Shown here: positions 1-5,991 of the stretch, piece by piece
Layout of the letters: every line of letters starts with the position of its first letter
Numbering within the stretch: the stretch's first letter is position 1
Translations under genes and position numbers: made by a program
Source of the DNA: a virus
Lineage: Duplodnaviria > Caudoviricetes
Length of the DNA stretch: 26,370 bases
Virus record (IMG/VR): IMGVR_UViG_3300016654_000138
Location: 1 to 26,370 of that record
Strand: one strand, 5' to 3'
Notes under the pieces: generated by a model
What the model saw: only the letters and a program-made list of their open reading frames with translations
The model's database searches: none
What the model was told of the DNA's origin: nothing

Positions 1-213
1 CGCAACTGCCATGCCCAGAGCAAGCAGGACAACCGATTCCTTTCCGGCAATGCCGTGGATTACCGGATTGGCCTGATTGCTCGTATCGGCCTGGAAGCGG
101 TCGAGGCCCTCGAGGCCGATCAGAGCGTGCGCAAGTACACGATCGACGACCTGAAGGCCATCACCGCCACCTACCGCGCCAAGCTCCGCGACCTAAAAAA
201 GGAGGCCGCATGA
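1..213 (+). CDS. ninG: NinG-family recombination/nuclease protein, 3' part (truncated by window edge)
   Basis: Frame 1 translated by hand (not in the ORF track): RNCHAQSKQDNRFLSGNAVDYRIGLIARIGLEAVEALEADQSVRKYTIDDLKAITATYRAKLRDLKKEAA*. The N-x-H...N...SGN...YR..LI.RIG...VE.LE pattern is the NinG C-terminus, and the position just upstream of the late regulator is typical. Confidence 0.85.
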   Translation, partial: RNCHAQSKQDNRFLSGNAVDYRIGLIARIGLEAVEALEADQSVRKYTIDDLKAITATYRAKLRDLKKEAA

Positions 214-384
214 ACGACTTCATCAACGTGATCCAGGCCACGCTGCCGATCCTGGCTTTCGTCGCGTTCTGCTTGGAGCGCCCAACCAATGGCTGAGCTC
301 TCCCTTGTCGTGATGTGCGCAGCCATCTGCGGCCTGTTCTGCGTAAACCTCAAGCTGCACCAGCGGCTGAAGGATCGGAAGTGA
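210..384 (+). pseudogene. Small two-TM membrane protein apparently split by a 1-bp insertion near 288-289 (or two tiny ORFs, 210-296 and 289-384)
   Basis: ATG at 210 overlaps the ninG stop (ATGA) after GGAGG and gives MNDFINVIQATLPILAFVAFCLERPTNG*. The +1 frame from ATG 289 gives MAELSLVVMCAAICGLFCVNLKLHQRLKDRK*. Removing one A from CCAACCAATGG joins them into one 57-aa protein. Confidence 0.5.
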
Positions 385-406
385 ATTTTGCAATGGGGGA
401 TGGGGA

Positions 407-1000
407 ATGATGAAACTGAACTCGGCCCGGGCAGCCTGGCATGACGCTTACTACACCCCCTGGGACAGCCAGGGTGCCCACGTAGAACAGATCGGCCTGC
501 TGGGATGCTCCGTGCAGAAGACCGAAAAGATGGTGAACAGCCGGCACGCCATGCACCAGTCGATATCGGCGCGCATCCAGCACGCCATTGCCACGCTGCC
601 CGGCCACCTGCAGGCGTTCGGCAATTTCATGTACAGCCCGATGGCCAGCATCGACGAGAAGGAGGAGGCGGAAGAGCTGGTGTTCCTGGGGGCGTACAAC
701 GCCGGCCCGAAGATGACCGCCCGCAAGTCCGCCAAGGCGCGTCACGTGGCCCAGGCCGTGATGCTGCGGTACCAACGTCTGCACCAGGGAGGGCAGAGCG
801 AAGGAGTGGACCCGCTGCCGACCCCGGAGGCGTTCCGGGGCTGGCTGCTGCAAGAGTATGGGGTAAAGCTTTCGTCAGAGCAGTGGACCCGGGAGTGGGC
901 TGGATTTATCGACCTGTGCTTCGCAGCGTGCAATGATCTCGATAAGGCAGCACTGATTCCTGTGTCCAAGTGTTTGAGTATCATGAAGGAAGCAGCATGA
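407..1000 (+). CDS. Putative late-gene antiterminator (Q-like), 197 aa
   Basis: SD-like GGGGGA upstream. Lies between ninG and a promoter/terminator pair ahead of the lysis and morphogenesis genes, the lambda Q position. Function is inferred from synteny. Confidence 0.65.
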   Translation: MMKLNSARAAWHDAYYTPWDSQGAHVEQIGLLGCSVQKTEKMVNSRHAMHQSISARIQHAIATLPGHLQAFGNFMYSPMASIDEKEEAEELVFLGAYNAGPKMTARKSAKARHVAQAVMLRYQRLHQGGQSEGVDPLPTPEAFRGWLLQEYGVKLSSEQWTREWAGFIDLCFAACNDLDKAALIPVSKCLSIMKEAA

Positions 1001-1197
1001 CGACTGAGCGTGAACTGATCCCAGGACGATTTTATTGGGCTATTCCTGTATTTGATGTGGATGCTGATGAAGACTGGGCGAATGATCCCCAGCCGGCTAG
1101 ATATGTTGGCAGCGATGCGTGGCAATGGATTGGTTCGGAAAATGATGAATGGCCCGCGCGATGGGTAGGTGAAGAAATCGAATTTCCGAGACCTTGA
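997..1197 (+). CDS. Small acidic Trp-rich hypothetical protein, 66 aa (MTTERELIPGRFYW...)
   Basis: ATG at 997 overlaps the upstream stop (ATGA) with AAGGAA in front, a better start than 970. Confidence 0.7.
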   Translation: MTTERELIPGRFYWAIPVFDVDADEDWANDPQPARYVGSDAWQWIGSENDEWPARWVGEEIEFPRP

Positions 1198-1228
1198 ATG
1201 CCTAAAAACAAAATAGCGAAAATGCTTC

Positions 1229-1268
1229 TTGACCAATTGTCCGGCTGAAGGCATTATTTCGTCATATT
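1229..1268 (+). promoter_or_regulatory. Late promoter (pR'-like), sigma70 type, with a candidate promoter-proximal pause element
   Basis: TTGACC (1229-1234), 17-nt spacer, CATTAT (1252-1257), an AT-rich UP-like tract at 1204-1223, and a second -10-like hexamer CATATT at 1263-1268 near the expected start site. Confidence 0.7.
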
Positions 1269-1301
1269 AGAGTTTTGCCTCTGGCAAAAACCTCTCACCA
1301 G

Positions 1302-1333
1302 AACCCCGCCATCGTGCGGGGTTTTTTCGTTTT
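1302..1333 (+). terminator. Intrinsic terminator (tR'-like) just after the late promoter
   Basis: AACCCCGC-catcgt-GCGGGGTT stem running into a T tract (TTTTTTCGTTTT). Confidence 0.85.
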
Positions 1334-1389
1334 CAGCCCCTCCACACCCATTGCTCCGAGCTGGGAGTGCTGCAGGGGCTGTTTGCTTT

Positions 1390-1466
1390 TGCGTGGTGGA
1401 GAAGTGGCCTATCTCGCCGGCCTCATAAGCCGGAGATCGCTCGTTCGAATCGAGCCCTCGCAACCA
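1390..1466 (+). tRNA. tRNA-Met (CAT), initiator-like body, CCA encoded
   Basis: Acceptor stem TGCGTGG/CCTCGCA (one T.T mismatch), D-stem GAGA/TCTC, anticodon stem CCGGC/GCCGG with loop CTCATAA (CAT at 1424-1426), T-arm GCTCG-TTCGAAT-CGAGC, ends in ACCA. Confidence 0.93.
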
Positions 1467-1522
1467 GCCAACCAACGCCAAGTGCCCGCAGCCGCGGTCC
1501 TTCCCATACCTGGAGCTTCCCC

Positions 1523-1822
1523 ATGATGATGCGATACCTCAAGTACTGCGCTTTGGCGCTGTGTGCCTGTTTCGGCGTGTCCGCCTATGCCGACGGCCTG
1601 CGCGTGGAACAACCGGCTTTCACCGTGGCTCGTGTGCTGGCCTCCATCGGTGATTTCTACGGAGCCTCGGCCGCCCGCTTGGAACTGACCCTGGCCCAGT
1701 GGCGAACGGGCAGTGAAGCCACCGATGAAGCCCTGAAGTCGAACCTGCGCGCATCCAGCAATCACTTCGTGATGGCGTCGGCCAAACCGTTGCCCGAGAG
1801 CTACGGCCTCGCACCCTGCTGA
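1523..1822 (+). CDS. Exported/periplasmic hypothetical protein, 99 aa
   Basis: GGAG at 1512-1515 then ATG at 1523. N-terminus MMMRYLKYCALALCACFGVSAYA|D is a signal peptide with an A-Y-A cleavage motif. The longer 1367 start would run through the tRNA. Confidence 0.75.
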   Translation: MMMRYLKYCALALCACFGVSAYADGLRVEQPAFTVARVLASIGDFYGASAARLELTLAQWRTGSEATDEALKSNLRASSNHFVMASAKPLPESYGLAPC

Positions 1823-1837
1823 CTGCGCCTGGAATAG

Positions 1838-1867
1838 AAAAAGCCCGGACCAAGTGCCGGGCTTTTT
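1838..1867 (+). terminator. Intrinsic terminator, potentially bidirectional
   Basis: AAAAAGCCCGG-accaagtg-CCGGGCTTTTT. Confidence 0.85.
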
Positions 1868-2005
1868 GTCTCCATCTGAAAGCCGCCCTGGTGGCCGTTT
1901 TCAAATGCAGATACTGGCCCTCATCAGGCCCTCAAATTTCCCTCGTTGCTCCTGCGACACCTTGGCCGTCTCCCCGCGGCCCTTTTATTCGGATGGATCT
2001 GGCCT

Positions 2006-2323
2006 ATGACTGACGCATCGCGCACTGCCGATAGCTCGGTGGTCAGGTTCTTTTCGCCTATCGCCCAGAACGTCATTGGGGTAGCAATCCTCAGTGTCCT
2101 TGGCTACGGCGCAACCATGTTGAACTCGATAAGCGCCCAACTCAGCACCTACTCGACCAACCAGGCCGTGCTGATCCAGCGCGTAGACAGCCTGGAGCGC
2201 CGGGTAGACGCCAGCGAGAAGCTCACCGACTCCGTGCGCAGCACCGCCCAGGAATCGAAGTACCAGATCAGTTCGATCATGGAGAGCATCAAGAACGGCG
2301 TGCTCAGCGGACGGCCCAAGTGA
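2006..2323 (+). CDS. Single-TM membrane protein with C-terminal coiled coil, 105 aa (i-spanin-like or holin-associated)
   Basis: GGA-containing SD upstream of ATG 2006. TM segment NVIGVAILSVLGYGATML, then heptad-like LIQRVDSLERRVDASEKL. Confidence 0.6.
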   Translation: MTDASRTADSSVVRFFSPIAQNVIGVAILSVLGYGATMLNSISAQLSTYSTNQAVLIQRVDSLERRVDASEKLTDSVRSTAQESKYQISSIMESIKNGVLSGRPK

Positions 2324-2559
2324 AGCGCCTGCTGATCGTCCTCCTGCTTGCCGGGTGCACCCAGAAGCCGACGATCATCCCCAAACCAGTCGAAACCCAC
2401 ACGACGGTTTACCGCTTCACCAGCCATTCGTGTGACGCCCCACCCGAATCCAAACGCCTGCGCGATGCGCTAAACGACGCCGCCAGGTGGAAGAAATATG
2501 CCGAAAGCCTCGAAAAACTGCCCTCCGCGAAGGTCACGCCCAATGAAGCTCATCCCTGA
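2320..2559 (+). CDS. Lipoprotein, 79 aa (o-spanin-like)
   Basis: GTG start overlaps the upstream stop (GTGA). Clear lipobox MKRLLIVLLLAG|C, then a Pro-rich stretch (KPTIIPKP, CDAPP). Confidence 0.7.
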   Translation: MKRLLIVLLLAGCTQKPTIIPKPVETHTTVYRFTSHSCDAPPESKRLRDALNDAARWKKYAESLEKLPSAKVTPNEAHP

Positions 2560-2770
2560 ATGGCGCAAGTGCTGGCGAATGAGCAGCGTGCAGCTGGCTG
2601 CGGCCGGCGCCGTGCTCAATGCCGCAGCTGCCGCCTGGTCTGTGTTCCAGGGCACGGTGAACCCTCTGGTGTTCGCCTGCGTGAACATGGGTCTGAGCTG
2701 CGCTGTGGCCGTTGCCCGGGTGGTTCAGCAATCGAAGCTGCAAGGGCCGCCGCCGGGAGATCACCCATGA
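2543..2770 (+). CDS. Putative holin, 75 aa, two hydrophobic segments
   Basis: MKLIPEWRKCWRMSSVQL...VARVVQQSKL is a recognisable phage holin-like pattern. GAAGG precedes ATG 2543. Confidence 0.75.
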   Translation: MKLIPEWRKCWRMSSVQLAAAGAVLNAAAAAWSVFQGTVNPLVFACVNMGLSCAVAVARVVQQSKLQGPPPGDHP

Positions 2771-3186
2771 GCATCAAAACCGTAATCACATCCATCCGCG
2801 CCTGGTTCTCCGGGCTTTTCACGAAAGAGGCCAAGACCATGACCCTGACCGCTACCTCCACCACTCTGACCGTGGGCACCACTGCACAGCTGACCGCCAG
2901 CGAAGCCTCCACCTACGCCTCGAGCGACAGCACCGTTCTGACCGTGGATGCCAACGGCCTGGTTACCGCCATCGCTGCAGGCAGTGCCACCATCACCGCG
3001 ACCTCGATCACCGACGCGACCGTCACCTCGAGTCTGGACTTCACCGTAACCGCCGCTGCCGTCATCGAGCCGGTTGTTGTTCAGCCAACCGCCCTCGAGA
3101 AGCTGGAAGACCTAATCGAGAAGCTGGAGCTCGAAACCGTCAAGGAAGTGAAAGCGGCCATCGCCTTCATCAAGGCCCTGGCCTGA
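2767..3186 (+). CDS. Ig-like (Big_2-type) domain protein, Ser/Thr-rich, with a C-terminal helical/coiled-coil tail; alternative start at 2839
   Basis: TLTVGTTAQLTA...YASSDSTVLTVDANGLVTAIAAGSATITATS matches the bacterial Ig group 2 consensus. ATG 2767 overlaps the holin stop (ATGA, GGGAG upstream). ATG 2839 follows AAAGAGG. Confidence 0.85.
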   Translation: MSIKTVITSIRAWFSGLFTKEAKTMTLTATSTTLTVGTTAQLTASEASTYASSDSTVLTVDANGLVTAIAAGSATITATSITDATVTSSLDFTVTAAAVIEPVVVQPTALEKLEDLIEKLELETVKEVKAAIAFIKALA

Positions 3187-3191
3187 TTCAC

Positions 3192-3220
3192 CGCCCGGCA
3201 CCGCGCCGGGCGTTTCTTTT
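3192..3220 (+). terminator. Intrinsic terminator/attenuator between the Ig gene and the glycosyltransferases
   Basis: CGCCCGGC-accgc-GCCGGGCG followed by TTTCTTTT. Confidence 0.75.
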
Positions 3221-3238
3221 CTGCATAGGACTCAAGCA

Positions 3239-3883
3239 ATGAAGGTCGGCGTAGGCGTCATCACCATGGGTGTAAGGACCATCCGCGACTATCTGCTGGC
3301 CCCGGGCTCATTCCTGCACGTCTACACCGACATCGACCGCAAGGGCCCAGCCCATGCGCGCAATCAGGTGCTCAAAGCCCTGAGCGATGACGGGTGCGAC
3401 GTTTTTTTTGTGTTCGACGATGACTGCTATCCCACCCGCCATGGCTGGGAAGAGTATTTCCTCGAGCAACACCGGAAGACGGGAATCCACCTCTTCGGTC
3501 TGCCGGACATCTTCAATGCCGGCATGAATGGCGCTGATGGGGAAGTGATCTACTGGAACGGCATGCTGGTCCAGTTCGCCATGTACACCCGCAAGCTGCT
3601 GGAAGAGGTCGGCTTCTACAACACCCGCTACACCCGGTACGGGCACGAGGACACCGGTTACACGTTCCGGGCGCTGCGCTCGGGCCTGGCCGGGAACAAG
3701 TCGGGGTTTCCGTCTCCGATCAGGACGCTGGGGTTCATCCACTCCCAGGATGTCTACGGGGAGAGCTCTCTGCAGAACCTGACCCAGGAAGAGAAGGGCG
3801 CCTACATCAAGATCAATGAGCCGATCCTTCAGGCAGAGCTCGACGGTGAGCAGATTTACTACCCCTTTGATCAGGATGGCTAA
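3239..3883 (+). CDS. Glycosyltransferase, GT-A fold (family 2-like), 214 aa
   Basis: GPAHARNQVL (G-x-A-x-ARN motif), FFVFDDDCYP (DxD), and LLEEVGFYNTRYTRYGHEDTGYTFR (G-F-x...G-x-ED motif). AGGA SD upstream. Confidence 0.9.
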   Translation: MKVGVGVITMGVRTIRDYLLAPGSFLHVYTDIDRKGPAHARNQVLKALSDDGCDVFFVFDDDCYPTRHGWEEYFLEQHRKTGIHLFGLPDIFNAGMNGADGEVIYWNGMLVQFAMYTRKLLEEVGFYNTRYTRYGHEDTGYTFRALRSGLAGNKSGFPSPIRTLGFIHSQDVYGESSLQNLTQEEKGAYIKINEPILQAELDGEQIYYPFDQDG

Positions 3884-4842
3884 TGAACGCTTCGATCAAC
3901 CCGGTGGCGCGCCGCGGCAACCTCATGCTGGACATTCGCCCGCACACCTCATGCGACTTCCACCGGATCATCATGCCCTACGGCCAGCTCAAGGCTGAAC
4001 CCAAGGCCCCGGTGTTCGTATTCAACCGCCAGCCATCCCACGGCATTCACGCGCTAATGGCGATGAGGAAGGCGGGCATCAAGATCATCTGCGACATCGA
4101 CGACCACTTCGACGTCGGCCGGCAGCACGTGATGTACGACCTGTTCAAGAAACACAACGTCGCCGAGGTCATCAAGCAATCACTCCAGCTGGCCGACCTC
4201 GTGACGTGCACCAACGATGCGCTTGCCCATGCGGTGAAGCCATATGCCAAGCGGGTGGAGGTGCTTCCCAATGCGCTGCCGTTCGACCAGGGCCAGTTCA
4301 CCCTGTCTCAGGACACGATAAGCGACCGCGCCATGGTCTACGTCGCGGGCACCACGCACCGGCACGATATGGCCTTATTCGCAGGACACATCGACGAGCG
4401 CGCCCTGACCATCGCCGGGCACAACCCTGAGCGGGAGGAGTGGCGCAAGATCGAGGCGCTATTCGGTCCAGAGGTAGGCTACAAGCCAGAGACCCCGATC
4501 GACAGCTACATGAGCCTGTACGACGGTCATGCCATCGCCCTGGCCCCTCTGGTGGATACCGAGTTCAACCGGTGCAAGTCCAACCTCAAGGTGCTTGAGG
4601 CAGGAGCCAAGGGCATCCCTATCGTGGTATCGGACGCTCACCCGTACCTGAACCATACAGACTATGGGGTTGTGGACTTCGCATCTGACAGCCACGACTG
4701 GCGCGAGTGCACTGATCGCCTGATGCACGACGAAGGCTACCGCGCGGAACGTGGCCAACAGCTTGCCGAGCACGTGCGCGAACACTACCACCTGGACAAA
4801 ATCAACGAGGTCCGCCGGCAGATTGTCGAGGGGATCGTGTAG
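3883..4842 (+). CDS. Glycosyltransferase, GT-B fold (family 4-like), 319 aa
   Basis: IICDIDDH, ADLVTCTNDALA, VEVLPNA, and IALAPLVDTEFNRCKSNLKVLEAGAKGIPIVVSD (GT4-type C-terminal motif). TAATG coupling to the GT2 gene. Confidence 0.9.
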   Translation: MNASINPVARRGNLMLDIRPHTSCDFHRIIMPYGQLKAEPKAPVFVFNRQPSHGIHALMAMRKAGIKIICDIDDHFDVGRQHVMYDLFKKHNVAEVIKQSLQLADLVTCTNDALAHAVKPYAKRVEVLPNALPFDQGQFTLSQDTISDRAMVYVAGTTHRHDMALFAGHIDERALTIAGHNPEREEWRKIEALFGPEVGYKPETPIDSYMSLYDGHAIALAPLVDTEFNRCKSNLKVLEAGAKGIPIVVSDAHPYLNHTDYGVVDFASDSHDWRECTDRLMHDEGYRAERGQQLAEHVREHYHLDKINEVRRQIVEGIV

Positions 4843-4851
4843 GAGGGTGTC

Positions 4852-5475
4852 ATGCACAGGCCAATGCCTCCCGACCTGCTTGTCGATCTGGCTGACCTGA
4901 GCATGCTCGGGACTCGCCTACAGCCCGCACCGGAAGTTCTGGAGTGGGTGCAATCCCAAGTCCTAAGCGAGGAAGGGGAGCTCCACAACCCTGATCACGC
5001 GCACCTGGTCGATGGGCCTATTCGCTTCATGTGGGCATCCGCCTGTTTCGAGAAGCAGGGTCGCACCGTGCTTGGCCAGGCTGAGCAGGTCGCCTTCCGC
5101 GCCGGCGGGTGGCAGAAGGCCCGGCAAGAGCAACAGATGCTGGACTGGTTCGGCGAGATACCGGACTTCCTGATCACCCTTGCCGCCGATTACTGCTCCC
5201 AGTGCTCGGACGCTGAGTTCTGCGCGCTGGTCGAGCATGAGCTCTACCACATCGCGCAGAAGGTCGATCAGTACGGGCAACCCAAGTTCACCCAGGACGG
5301 CTTGCCAAGCCTCACCCTGCGTGGCCACGACGTTGAAGAGTTCGTCGGCGTGGTACGGCGTTACGGGGCGGGAGAGGGTGTGCAGCAGCTGATAGACGCT
5401 GCGAGCAAGCCGCCTGAGGTGGCACATATCAACATCGCGAGGGCCTGCGGCACCTGTTTGCTCAAGTCGGCCTGA
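4852..5475 (+). CDS. Putative phage metallopeptidase, 207 aa
   Basis: ALVEHELYH (HExxH) plus LRGHDVEEFVGVVRRYG. AGGAGG SD. This family typically sits just upstream of terS. Confidence 0.9.
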   Translation: MHRPMPPDLLVDLADLSMLGTRLQPAPEVLEWVQSQVLSEEGELHNPDHAHLVDGPIRFMWASACFEKQGRTVLGQAEQVAFRAGGWQKARQEQQMLDWFGEIPDFLITLAADYCSQCSDAEFCALVEHELYHIAQKVDQYGQPKFTQDGLPSLTLRGHDVEEFVGVVRRYGAGEGVQQLIDAASKPPEVAHINIARACGTCLLKSA

Positions 5476-5506
5476 CATTGACTGCGCATTGACGCTGTGA
5501 GGCCCT

Positions 5507-5989
5507 ATGGCTGTATTACGTGACGAGGTCAAAGCATTCATCGTGCAGGCGCTTGCCTGCTTCGACACGCCAAGCCAAGTTGTCTCGGCGGTCAAGGAGC
5601 AATTCGGCATCGAGACGACCCGCCAGCAGTGCGAGTTGTACAACCCAACCAAGCACGCTGGTCGTTCGCTGGCCGCCAAATGGGTGACGCTGTTCGAGGA
5701 TACCCGCAAGCGATTCCGCGAGGAGACTGCGGACATCCCGATAGCCAACCGTGCATACCGTCTGCGCATGCTGGACCGGATGGCGTCGCGCGCCGAGAAC
5801 GTGAAGAACACGGCCCTTGCAGCGCAGTTGCTCGAGCAGGCCGCCAAGGAAGTGGGCAATGCCTACACCAACAAGCAGCAGCTTGAGCACACAGGCAAGG
5901 ACGGCGCGCCTATCCAGGTGGCTTACACCTCGGATGACTACGCCGCAGCCCGGCTGGCCCTGCAGGAGCGAATGAACCAGAAGGCCTGA
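5507..5989 (+). CDS. terS: Terminase small subunit (DUF2280-like), 160 aa
   Basis: VKAFIVQALACFDTPSQV...IPIANRAYRLRMLDRM...LLEQAAKEVG...EHTGKDGAPI, immediately upstream of terL. Confidence 0.9.
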   Translation: MAVLRDEVKAFIVQALACFDTPSQVVSAVKEQFGIETTRQQCELYNPTKHAGRSLAAKWVTLFEDTRKRFREETADIPIANRAYRLRMLDRMASRAENVKNTALAAQLLEQAAKEVGNAYTNKQQLEHTGKDGAPIQVAYTSDDYAAARLALQERMNQKA

Positions 5990-5991
5990 GC

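Noticed and set aside
1367-1522. Upstream extension of the 1523-1822 ORF, and ORFs 1275-1526 and 1254-1481
   Set aside because: They overlap the terminator and tRNA. The SD and signal peptide support ATG 1523.
2560-2766. N-terminal extension of the Ig protein in the ORF track
   Set aside because: It overlaps the holin in another frame and has an implausible composition. Better starts exist at 2767 and 2839.
3239-4842. GtrABC-type serotype conversion or T4-type DNA glucosylation as the role of the GTs
   Set aside because: No flippase or polytopic transferase, no TM segments, and no base-hydroxymethylation genes in the window. Disfavoured, but not excluded because partners could lie elsewhere.
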